64,000 bases of DNA from Octopus bimaculoides. Taxonomy: Eukaryota. Within the stretch, counting starts at the first letter, position 1. Every line of letters begins with the position of its first letter. Below the pieces are notes generated by a model. The model was given only the letters and a program-made list of their open reading frames with translations. It was not told where the DNA came from and searched no databases. Positions 12,342 through 25,570 of this stretch are shown one piece after another. The position numbers and the translations under genes were made by a program. The DNA is taken from positions 100,340,513 through 100,404,512 of the forward strand of contig NC_068984.1 of assembly GCF_001194135.2 (NCBI RefSeq). The letters are read 5' to 3'.

Positions 12342-15300
12342 GCACTCAAATATACAGAAAAAAACACACACTAACACACCTACACAAAGCCACAAAAATA
12401 CTCATACTCATATACAGAGGAGCATTAGGAAAACAAAGTTGGCAACAAGCATTCATTAATCCAACTGATCTAACAGTTTCTGTAGCTAATAGATCAATGG
12501 CTGGTGATCAATAGAAACTAAAACCATGTAGTGGAACTACCAGAATTGAGAACAACAAAAACAGGGTTTAGATTTTAGGACAGCTTTGTTGTTTATGGAA
12601 ATTAAACAAGGTGGGGGTGGGGTAGTGAAAAGCAACGACATTTCTGTAAATGAGAAAATGGAGATGAGTACATGTGTGAGTGAAAAGGGATGGGGGTGGG
12701 GGTGAGCATGTATTGTTCTTTTGTTTTTTTTCCACTTTGGAAATTAAAAGCTTACAAAAAATTAATTTTCTATGTTGTTCACACACACACACATCATATA
12801 GTCTCCAGCAGTAGTTATTTTGTTAGTCAGAGTTTCACCAAGTGATTAAAATACAGACATGGAATCATTTAACTAGCCATTTTAGAGGTGCTTATATCAG
12901 TGTAAAGAGATAATATCTAATTGAGTTGTTTCCCTTCTGTCAGCTAAGTGACAAATTTCAAAGTTAATCTTTGTACCAATAAACTATAATGTTACTAATT
13001 TCAAAGAAATTGATAAATTGACTAACTTTGAAACTATCACCCTGTTGAACCAAGGAACAATCGACTCATTTAGAAGTAAATAATCCCCTGCACTCTGTTG
13101 TGCATCAACAGGATATGAATATTTCTAAAAGTGTAACCATTTGGTGAAACTCTGAGTAACAATGGTACTAGTCCTGCAAACTATCATGTACTCCACTCTG
13201 TTTTCTATTGCATGGATATAACAAATGTTTTATCATATTCTTTTACTAGTTTCAGCCATTGAATTGTAGCCAAGCAGGAGAAACTTATTCAACAAAGATT
13301 AACTAAAGTCAAGAGGCTTCAAGGTCAATTTAGTAAAGACAAAAGTCAGAGATGAAAATTAAACAATACTAGCAGGTGGGATGTGACCATGCAGAAAAGA
13401 ACAGGAACTTTATACTGCACAACCCCATAGAAACAATAAGTCCACAAAAATTGCAGTTAGATTTCAGACAGACTGATAGAGAAGAATAGTGGAGTAATAA
13501 ATATTATAGATAGTGGAGTAAGATGACCCCAGAAATAAAGACTTTAATTATCTAGAAGACTTGTGAAAAGTAACTGATAGCTTTACCTAACTAGTAACCT
13601 CATCAGCAGTGGGTATTGTGAAAGATTATTAGCCGAAATAAGAACAGGGTAAGAAAAGTACAGGGATTTATTATCCCTGTTGACAACAAAGGGCTTCTTC
13701 TTCTCGGCATGCTTGAACCATAGAACATAAAAGTACTGAGAGAAAAATTGAATATTCATTATAGTATGTGAAGAATAATAGGTGAAAAATTGTCAAAAGA
13801 ATTCAAGAAGAAAGAGCGTGTAGAGGAGGAAAACTGAAAATATGTGGATAGAATTAGGTTGGTGAACCTCATGATGAAGATAAGAAAATGCAAGTGAAGA
13901 GACATAATTATAGAAATTAGCCATTTTAATCCATGGCAGGACAGGAATGCAGACAAAAATGATGTCAATGACTATATTGAAAGATGAATGGCACTGCCGT
14001 AGATTGTTATAGCTAGGTAAATTGAGGAATTGACAGTTATACTACAGTGTGGGATAGTTCAACAAAGTTGTCTATGCCACACTATGGTTACCTATTTATA
14101 TCTAGGTACACAGGACTTTGGCTAGTTGTCTTTAATGTGATATCAGATGCTAATCTTTTGCTTAGGTACCCCTCCAAGCCATCCAGTGGCTTATTACATA
14201 GCATATCACTAAACTCCAATAAAATGTATTTCAACAGAATTGATAGTACATTGCATGCTTGCATAGGAAACCAAAATAGATTTCTATGACATAATGAGCA
14301 ATTTAACTGATTTTTTAAACATCATCATTTACTAGAAATTAAAGTTGAATGTATTACTCATGGTGACACCACAACATAGGTACAGAAGGTATAAAAATTC
14401 ACTGATGAAACACCAAAAAAAAGTTTTCTATGTCTTTGTTTGATACGTACAACAATTGAAAATACAATCTCCAGTTTCACAATATTAAATGAATACACAT
14501 AAGTATCCTCTAGGCTCAGTAAAACAATACGAAATTTCAAAAAATCATTGACAATTCTGTTTCTTATGTGGAATATAGAATAAAGTTCCCAGTTTGCAGT
14601 GGATTTGTAAAAAGGTAGAAGTGTCACATCACAGAAAACATAACAGGTGAATTTTAATACATAACTCAAATAATCCAGTACCATACATCCACTTAACTAT
14701 TTGTACATGCAGAGCCAGTCATACCAGCTAGAAATAGTAGTCAAATCTGCCATGAATCACAACTAAACATCTGAAAGAAAAAGAAAAGAGTAGATAATGT
14801 ACTTCTAGATGTGCTAAGTTTGCAATGAATGAAATGTCACGGCCAGAATATCTTTGATTACACACCTGCTCAATCAGGGCTCACTTGAAGCTAACCACTA
14901 TGATAACTACCAATACTAACTATTACAGTGCCTCTTGATCAAAGTGTTAGTCCCAACAGACATGTATTTCTAAAAGAAATAGAGAAATTATGCAAAAATA
15001 AAGATCTACTGAAAACAGAACCAATTCTTATAAGTGTTTTGGGAATAGCTAAACAGCATGCAAATACTTAATCAAAACCCCAGGAATTATATATACAAAA
15101 AATAGACAATAACACTACTAGGTACTGTACACACATGATGTAGTTTGAATGAAAAAGAAATAGAAAAGTTAAAACACTGAACATACGCAAGGCACACACC
15201 ACTGTTTTGTAATACAATGGAAACATGCAATAAGAATAAGATGACTGAGTATTAGAAATTCTGGCCTAATAACTTTGCAATTTGCAGAAATAAATTACTT

Positions 15301-17859
15301 CTTTTAAGGAAGAAATCAAATAAATGAAACAAAAAACAATAAAAAATACAGAATCAAACTAAAAATTAAATGTATCTTGATTAAGTCGATAGGCTCGAAA
15401 TTAGATTCTAAGAGACCAATAAATACAGATTTTATGGATCTAGTAAGATTTTTAAGATGAAAGTATGTCAAAGTGTGGATAGAAAATGTTCACTGGGGAG
15501 AGAGAAGTTCATTGAAATTGTCTGAAAAAGATGAAAAGAATTTGTCCAAAGTAAATTGTAATTAGGAAATAAATAATTAAGATTCTAATAATTGGAATAA
15601 GATAGAATATGTTGGATTAATCATCTCTCCCTATCTAAGTTGTAGTGTTGGAGTGAAACGCAGAGATGAAACACTGAAAGACATCACTAACATTTTACAT
15701 GGCAGTTTCACCATTTATGGGATATTTATGTGGTGACTATAATCATGAACATGTGATGGTGATGTATATGTGGTGTTGGCACACATGTGACTGTACATGT
15801 AGTAATGGCACATGTGCATGTAGCATTGATCAGCGATGCAATGGTGGTGACACGATGTGCGTATGATGATGAAAGATGTGTGACGTGCATGTGCAACAGA
15901 AGAATGTGGTATATCTTGGAAGTTAGATCATAAACTTGTACCTTCTTGTATATATATTGGAAGACAGACCCTAAAGATGGTAGTTGTTTAACTCCAAATC
16001 AGTCTTGATCTCATAAATCAAAGGTTTTCCAACCATGACCATTCCATCTTTTTCAGGCCCAATGTATCTAGCACTACATTATTCAACATGTTCTAAGTTC
16101 TTTTCTGTAGTTGTTGTTCCTGTTCTTGTTTTTTAGGACAGTAAGATAAGTAAAATAAAATATTTGACTGCTATTTGGTTATGATCTGTTGGTGGTAGTG
16201 AGTAATGCTGGTGATAGTGGAGGAGATGGTAGTAACTCATATAGAAATGTAGAGATGGTGGTGTTGGTCATTATGTTGATGGTGGTGGTGGTAGTAATAG
16301 TTTCATTATTATTTTTAGTATAATGGTGGTGGTGGTGGTGGTGGTGGTGGTGGTATTGCTCATAACCTTATTATTATGATGAATCATAAACATTGTTATT
16401 AACATGGTAAACTTTATGAAGTTTAGACCCAAGTGACCAGTTACCAAATGTGATCCATACATGACCATCCCATTAATGTAGATCTAAGATTACATTGTCC
16501 CATATATTGTAAAAATAAAAGTGAATTTTAAAAAATGGTGTGATTTGAAGATTTATCAGCTATTTTTAGCAGTTCATGTAACCACATACAAGCCCCCTTG
16601 ATGGATTGACAGTAATGAGGTAAATCCATTCACAAATTAACAAAACCTACACTTGAGTGGTTTATCTTGAAATTATGAGCAGGTTCGTGTTCTGAGAAGT
16701 TAGGGAAATATGTTAGCAAGGATGTGACATGGAGGGGGGGGGGGGTGCTAAGAAAATAGAACAGCCATTGGCATAAGTCAGGGAAGAAGATTGAGATCTA
16801 TGTTACCTTAGCATGACAGATAAGCCAGGTCATACCTGTAATAATCCTAATTCTGAGATATGAGTGGATGCACTCAACCATGATCAAGACAATCAGGATG
16901 GTGAATGGGGCTACTATGATGTCTGGAACAAGCGATTACAAGATGGTCAGATAACTCTTAGCTTATAGAAAATACCCCCCAAAACAATGAAATATTTAAA
17001 TGAATAAATATTGGACAGTAGGGGAATTACTGAGATGTGGAGGTGAGAGCAATAAAAGGAATTAATTACATAGAGGAAATAGCTTTCTTCAGAGACTTGA
17101 TATAGTGATGATGATGATGATACTAACATATTTACTACTACTACAACTACTAATTACCTTTACTAGCATGCAATGCTAATCAGGATAATCCACAAATCAA
17201 TAGTAAAATGAGGTCAAAATCACTGACAAATTTCACAATCTGAGATTATCCCTAACGGTTTTAAGTCCATATCTCTCAGCTGGTACCACATTTATTCACA
17301 CCATCAACACCAGCGACTAATTATATACACAATACACAAAAACAGTCACATATTCACACAGTCTTATACAAAGAGAGAGAGAGAGAGAGAGACACACACA
17401 CACAGTCATGCAATGATTTTATGAAGCAAAATATTCCAAATATTTAAGATTTTCCAAAATCAAACATTTTTTAGTGGGGAGAAAAAAAAAGATAAATAAA
17501 ATAATATAAACAAGCTTATTTACTACTTGGGAGGTTAATTGGTATAGTAGAAAAATAAACGAGGAAATATCTGCATAAGATGGAGAGAGGGGTAAACGTT
17601 TTATTGATGCCAGTGGCAGTAAAGAAACAGGTTGTTTAACCCAGAATCAGCTTTGAAACACCAGGTCAATGATCATAGGTTTTCTGGCCATGACCACTCC
17701 ATTTTAAAGGCTGAAAGATTTACAAAAGGCATACAGAAAACATTTTACAGCTGATGATGGTGGTAGAGAGTAGGTTGTTTAACCCAAGGTTAGTTCTGAT
17801 CCAGCATACCTATGATCACAGGTGTTCAAGCTATGAGCTTCCCCTCTTTTATTTCAGAT

Positions 17860-18750
17860 AGGCACATTAAACACCAGAAATATACAGAAAATAAACTCCA
17901 TCAAATACCAGGGGGGATACCTAGAAATAGTTGATAGCTTTTGTTACCTAGGTGACCAGGTCAGCAGTAGAAGGGGATGCTCTGAGAGCACAGCTGCTAG
18001 AATAAGAATAGGCTGGGTAAAATTCAGAGAGCTTCTACTTTTGTTGGCTACAAAGGACCTCTCCCTCAGAGAGGAAGACAGATTGTATGATGCCCGTATG
18101 TGAACAACCATGCTACATGGCAGTGAAACATGGGCTGTGACAGCAGAGAACATATGAAGGCTTGAAGGAAATGAATCTAGTATGCTCTGCTGGATGTGCA
18201 ATGTCAGTGTGCATATAGGGCAGAATGTAAGCATCTTGAGAGGAAAATTGGGCACAAGAGGCATCAGATGAAGTATGCAAGAGAGATGATTGCACTGGTA
18301 TGGTCATGTGCTGTGTATGGATGAGGATAACTGCGTAAAGAAGTGTCAATCTCAAACTGTGGAAGGAGTCTGTGGAAGAGGTAGACCCAGGAAGACTTGG
18401 GATGAGATGGTGAAGCATTATCTCTGAATGTGAGGCCCCACAGAGGTGAGGACAAGTGATCGTGACCTTCGGCTTGATAACACTCATCAAGCCAAGTGAA
18501 ATCATAACTGTGGCCGGTGCCGGTGATACATTACAGCTTCCATGCTGGTAACACATATAAGCACACATACCGGTGACACGTAAAAGGCACCAACTACACT
18601 CTCAGTCATTGACATTAGGAAGGATATCCAACCATAGAAACCAAGCCAATTTCAGACTGGAACCTGGTGTAGTTCTCTGATTTATCAGTTCCAGTCAAGC
18701 CATCTAACTCATGCCAGCATGGAAAACAGACGTTAAATAATGATGATGAT
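17860..18750 (+). mobile_element. 5'-truncated RTE-clade LINE (RT C-terminus plus 3' UTR)
   Basis: Translates with stops to LEIVDSFCYLGDQVS...ARIRIGWVKFRELL...MLHGSETWAVT...WYGHVLCMDED...GRGRPRKTWDE. The 3' end is catggaaaacagacgttaaataatgatgatgat. Confidence 0.9.
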
Positions 18751-19925
18751 ATCTGAAATACATTATCTTTTTACTTTCTCAGGACAGAAGGTGTAATTTG
18801 AGAGAGGTATGGCTTCAACCCAATCCTGATGTAGTTGACCTTTGGCCAGAACCTACCCCTGACAGACAGAAAAATTGCATTATTTTATGTGTCCTTTCTC
18901 TTTTAAAACAGCAAGGTATAATTTGAGGGAGAAATTGTTGCTATTTCTTGTACATCAGATTTGTAAAGCAACACTTTTTGTTTTAGTTAATGTCAGTTGA
19001 AGTTTTCACTGATTCTGTACCTATCTCTCTGTCTGTCTGTCTCTCTATCTATGCCCCCACACCCTCACCAGCCCTCTTTGTCAAGCAGTCCCACCCCCAC
19101 TTCTCTCTCCCTCTCTCTGCTCTGATAAAGATATTTTAAAACTGACTCAACAAGCATTCAGTACTACAATTCTCATGTTGACTCACTTGAACTTTTAGCA
19201 ATTTTTATATCTTTTATCTTTGCTTTGTTTTTCTTATGTAACTTTTTTGTTTTATACCTTTTAATTACAGTTAGCTAACTGATTGACGAAGGAGATGACG
19301 ACAGAATTCTGAAGCAATTGAACATCATTGATGGTGTTGTGGTAGTTTGTGGTGTTGTGGTCAGCAGGAAGTTCAACTCTTATTTCAGATAATGAGCGAG
19401 CGTGTGTGTGTGTGTGTGTGTGTGCGTGTGCGTGTGTGTGTGTGTTAAGGTCAAAATATGTACTAATACTTTGCAATATCAGCCATGATAATTCTTTCTG
19501 CTATAGAAACATGGCCTGAAACTTGGTGCAGGAGGCTAGTCAATTACATCAACCTCAGTGCTCAGTTGGCACTTATTACACTGACCCTGAAAGAATGAAA
19601 GGCAAAGTCAACCTCAGAAGAATTTGAACCTAGAACATAAAAATGAACAAAATGCTGCTAAGCATATTGTCTGGTATGTTAACAATTATGCCAGTTCACC
19701 ACCTCATCCATGATAATAATGATTTTGAATTTTGGCACAAGGCCAGTAATTTTGATTACATTGGCTCCAGCGCTCAACTGTTACTTATTTAATCAATCTT
19801 GAAAGGATGAAAAGCAAAGTCAGCCTTTGTGGCATTTGAACTCAGAACTCAGAGCTGGAAAAAATGCTGTTAAGTATTCTGTCTGGTGCAGAAACAATTC
19901 TACCAGCTCCACCACATTAATAATG

Positions 19926-19959
<34 letters not shown>

Positions 19960-22900
19960 ACTATCTTGGGCTATAAACCTGGAAGTAGAGATAACCAGAA
20001 CATGGAAATTGAAAACAGATGCAGTCACTTTACTTTGGGAATGATTAACAACAGACTTTAGAAATATATAACCAAAATCCCAGGGCAACAAAGAAAATAG
20101 CACAACTAAAACAGAACCATAACCATCACTCACAAGTGAAGGTTATGGTTTATGTATCATGCTTTCCACTAATTGTTTAGCTGTCTACATAGTCATGACC
20201 AGATATAGTCACCCTTCTGGCTCTCCCACCTACGACCCAGTGGAACATCTTTGATGTTCCACTAGGCTGCACAAGGTAGGGAGGGCTACACCAGCACTCA
20301 GCTGGTACTCATTTCTGCTGAACACAAAAGAGCAATGTGAAATGAAGCACTTTGCACAAGGACACAAACCACCGCCTGCTCCAGAAATCAAGCCCACATT
20401 CTTACCACTAGGCCATGTACCTTCACTTCCAGATATTGCCCACATATTTTGAAGAGTACATACAACATAAGATAATATCACAGTAAGTTACGGCATGCAT
20501 ATATAGAGTACTCCAGGTGTTTTATTCACACAACAGAGAAAATAGAGCCAAAATATTTTCTGACCTTGAAATGGAATCCTACCTGCTATATTCTGTTTTG
20601 ACAATATGAGAAGTTACCATGAGAGACAAATTATTTGTTGCAACCTTGAAAAATTTAGCTGTATTGTTCATTTATAAACAGGGTGTGGTACAAAAACTTT
20701 CATAGACATGTTTTATGATAGGTATAATTGAAAGAGACGAAGCAATAACAGAAATGTACACTAATAAGGAGTGTGCTTGTTCCATGTGCTTGTTCAACCT
20801 GCTAGAAATAGCAGCCAGAACTATCTCATTAAAAGTTAAATGTGATTGGATAATGTCACAAATACACTAAGTCTAAATAAAGAGTGGGTCAGAGTTAGAA
20901 ATTGCTCTACCAGAACTGACCCAGGGCTAAACAACAGTAACACATAACATCAAACTGGCCTACAGAGTATATACACACAAGTGTGGTTACAAATGTATTT
21001 ATGTATGGATACATGTTTTTTTTTTTTTTTTTTTTTTTTATGTAATCATGGATTAGATAAATATGTTGAAGGATTTTTTTACAGCCGGATGCCCTTCCTG
21101 ATGTTAGCAGTTGTGTAGTTTTTAAGCAAGGGATCACTTCTTCCAAACAGCTTCAAAGACATGAAGTGAATGAATGATTTGTTGACAGAAGTACCAACAA
21201 CAATGCTGCTTAATTGTGAATTTTGTATAAGTGCAAATGTAAACAAACACACAAGTGCACACACAAATATGCATGTACACACACACACACACACACACAC
21301 ACATAAAAGGCTTCTTTTATGATTCTATCAATCAAATCCACTAACAAAGCTTCAGTGAGCCCAGAGCTACAGCAGATGTTCACCCAAGTGGAACTGAACC
21401 TAAAACTCCATGGTTCAGGAACATATATATATAGTGTAAATAGTGTGAATGACCAGAAATAACCTTGCAGTAAAAGAACTAACACAAATTAGGTTATTAG
21501 GTCAACAATATTTACTGATATTAAATTCACAAAACAAAGAAGAAAAGAAAAAGACAATAGTTAGCAGTAGCAATGGCAGTGGAGTAGTTAAGATACTGCA
21601 ATGAAGAATGCAAACCCAGCTTCAGTTTGCCTAGTTGAGTAGGGTAAAAAAAAAAAAAAAACTTTGTTCTATATGGGAAAAGGTATACTTAAATTATACT
21701 AACAGGTACTTTATTTTATTAAAGAAAGGTGAAGTAGTTGACCTCATGGGTAATAGAACTCACCCAGGTATTTTGTCTTCCTGCTCTAACAATTTTACCA
21801 ATCCACAGCCCTATGTAATCTTTTCTATAAGCACAAGGCCTGAAATTTTGTGGGGAGGAGGCTAGTGAACTCCAGTGTTTAACTGGTACTTATTTTATTG
21901 ACCCCCAAAGGATGAAAGGTAAAGCAGACTTTGGCAGAATTTAAAATCAGAACATCAAGCCAGAAGAAATGCAAACTAAACGTTTTATCCGGTATGTCAA
22001 TGATTCTGCCAGTTCATTGCCCTAGTGTTCTACATAATAAAACAATGTAAAAAAAAAAAAACTTATCGGAAACTGACATACAAAAAAATAAACTAAAAAC
22101 CAAATGACTACAGAATCAATTTGTTACTGTTCATGTAACAGGACAAGATGTGGGGATGGGCATTATATATATATATATATACACATGTGTGTATGTATGT
22201 ATATATAATTGCATATTATCATATACTTTCACTTAGATTTCAAAGAAATCTACTCATAAAACAAAGTGTAGTTACAACTTTTTTTTTTATTTGATGCATT
22301 AATTTAATTGTTCTTTAAATTAATTTCCTGTCCTTGATTTTTCTTTTTTTTTTTTCAATTCCATGAAGTAAAACCCATTATTGAAGTGCCAGAAACAAAT
22401 TCTGTTAATACCAAAGGATAGAGGTAAAAAAATTCACAAAAGAGAGGGAAAAAAAAAATTCACAATATATGTGTTTGTGCTTGTTTATATCCTGAAATTT
22501 TGATTCAACAAACATTATCAATAAAATAATTACAGCATTAAAATAAGGAGTGGTGTCAATATATCTATCTAAATGCTTGAAAGCTATACTCCAGTATGGC
22601 CACACTCCAACCAAAGATCCTTAATAGTAAATGAAATGTGTGTGTGTGTGTGCACGTGCATAATCCTGTGTATACATATTTTACACATATGTATTTATAT
22701 ATCTATTTTATATGCAGTATTTACATAAACATATATATAACCTTTTGAACATGGGAATGTCTGTATGTATGCAACTGAATCTATGTGTGCATGGTATGTG
22801 TGTGTGTGTGTGTATTCATGCACTCAAGGAAATTGGTGGTGGGAGAGAGGTTGAAGAACAAAGGAAAGTCATGTCTCTTTGAAAAGAAAACCAGGAAATG

Positions 22901-24619
22901 ATGTTTTAGACATGGCAACAGAGATTCTTCCCATACAACCCCCTGTTCAGTGGAGGATGATGATGAGGTGACCTAGGAGAAAAATATAAAGGGAAGGTTC
23001 TGGATACAGTAAGCATTAGACAGGAAAATATCAATCCAAACTAAAGAGATCAAAATCCCACCAACGGGCATTTTACTTACATATACCATATTATTTATTC
23101 ATTATATTGTTACTGCCATCATAGTAGCAGCAATGATTGCCAAACTCAAACAAATCTCTTCACTTGATATCTCTATAGTGTTTAAGGTAGAAACATTAGC
23201 ATGACATGCAAAATGCTTAATGGCATTTCGTCTGTCTTGACATTCTGAGCTCAAATTCTGCCAAGGTCAACTTTGCCTTACATCCTTTCAGGGTTGATTA
23301 AATGAGAACCAGTTGAACACTGGGGTCAATTTAATCAATTTACACACCTCCCTCGGAATTGCTGGCCTTGTGCCAAAATTTGAAACCAATATTTCTGCTG
23401 TGCTTGCATATAAGAGATTGTATACTAAATACACTTCTTGTTCAACCCCAGGGTAACTCTGATTTAGTAGACTTTCGACCAAAAGTAGTCCAGCCATAAC
23501 CATCCTGTTTTGTATTCAGAAATTGTATCCCAGGCTACATTACTCAATGTGTACTTGCCTTTTTTTTTTCTTAAGATAGTAGTGCATGATTTGTTTTAGG
23601 GAGATGTGATAGGTATTTCAATGAATTCCAATGGTTCCCTGCTAACTTGATGAAATATAGTAAAAAGGCAAAATCCCCCTTTGGTCATGAATGACAATGT
23701 GATTGCACTTAGAAAGTTACTCTCTGAGGTACAAGTCAGGGCAAGGTTGTTTATAAAAGACCAGCAGTTGCCCCTGCATACCAGCCTTCCCTCTCCACAC
23801 CACTGATGTTATCCAAGGGAAAGGCAAAGGCCAATACAGCTTGGCACCAGTGACATCGTTACTCATTTCTATAACTGAACAAACTGAAGCAATGTGAAAT
23901 AAAGTGACTTGCTCAAGAACACAACACAGCCCAGTCCAGAAATCAAACTCATTGCCTCATGATTGTGAGCCCAACACTTTAACCACTGAGTCATGTATTT
24001 GCAGAATGTAGAAATATGAGATATTTCGTTTGAAAAATATACTGCGAAATATTGAGCTTTTGAAAGAATATGCCATGTTGGATACAGCAATGTCTGAGAT
24101 ATTACTGTACAACATAACAACACTGTAGCAATGTAAGGTGACAAAATGGCAGTATTATAACAGCATTGGATCGAGTGCTTTGCAGTGTTGTTACGGCTCT
24201 CTGCTTTCAATTCAAGTCTTGCCAACCTCCACTTTACTAGTCATCCTTTTAAGGTTAATAAAGGATAAAAGTACTAATCTGGAGAGGTAGATTAGCAAAA
24301 CTCTAAGGGTACCAGATAGAATAACTTATGGTAACTGTTCTAGATTTTTGCACTGACAACATAGGTGCCAAGCTATATCCATTAAAAGGTGGTGATGTTT
24401 CCATTCAACAACCTCATTGATGTGGAGAGGAAAGACTTATCTGCACAAACAACTACCAGTCTTCCAATGCAAAATCTTATCAAAGCCTGCACATACAGAT
24501 GTAGGTAAATGGTCAACCCTGATCAACAGGTACCCATACAGTAGCTTACATTAGCACAAAATTATTAACAAATAACGGTGCAGTAATATTTCAGAATATA
24601 ATAATAGGTATCTTTTTTT

Positions 24620-24874
24620 GTTCAATCATTTTATTTGATTCAGCCATTAGACTGCAGATATGTTGGCGCACCACCTTGAAAGTTATAGTTAAACAAATCA
24701 GCCCCAGTACTTAGTTTTTTCTAAGCCTTGCACTTATTCTATCAGACCCTTTTGACTGAACTGATAAGTTATGAGAACATAAATAAACCAACACCAGTTG
24801 TCAAGCAGTGGTGGGGAAAAACACAAAGATACACAACATATATATATATGTATGTATGTATGTAGTATATAGAT

Positions 24875-24958
<84 letters not shown>

Positions 24959-25570
24959 GACTTCTTTCGGTTTCCATCTTACTAAATCTACTCACAAGGC
25001 TTTGGTTGGCTAGGGGATATAGTAGAAGACACTTGCCTAAGGTGCTGCAAGGTGAGACTGATCCCAGAACCATATGGTTGGGAAGCAAACTTCATGCCAT
25101 ACAACATTGCCTGAGAAGAATTATGAAATATTACATTTGGCACATTGTAGAACAGCAGAGATGTTATAAAATATATACAGAATATGACTATGTGGTAAGG
25201 AGCTAGCTTCCCAACCACATGGTTCCAAGTTCTGTCCCAATGCATGGCACTTTGGGCAAGTGTCTCTTACTATAAGCTCATGCCAATATATACAGAATAT
25301 GGCTGTGTGGTAAGGAGCTAGCTTCCCAACCACATGATTCCAAGTTCTGTCCCAATGCATGGCACCTTGGGCAAGTGTCTCTTACTATAAACTAATGCCA
25401 ACTTAAGCCTTATGAGTGAATTTGGTAGATGGAAACTGTGTGTCTTGTGTCTGTGTTTGTCCCCTGTTACTGCTTGACAACTGGTGTTGATGTGTTTACA
25501 CCACCATAACTTGGCAGTTCGGCAAAGGAGACAGATAGAATAAGCACCAGACTTGAAAAAAAAAGTACTG
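24620..25570. mobile_element. Inverted pair of family A SINEs with a tandemly duplicated head
   Basis: A minus copy at 24620-25100 faces plus-strand heads at 25172-25286 and 25287-25400. Confidence 0.8.

Noticed and set aside
14047-14289. Faint similarity to an L1/Tx1 RT segment (NLLLRY...FNRIDS)
   Set aside because: Too degenerate to separate from chance without an HMM search.
19270-19385. CpG-containing stretch with possible splice sites on either strand
   Set aside because: All plus frames stop after the acceptor, and the minus frame has weak sites and no homology cue.
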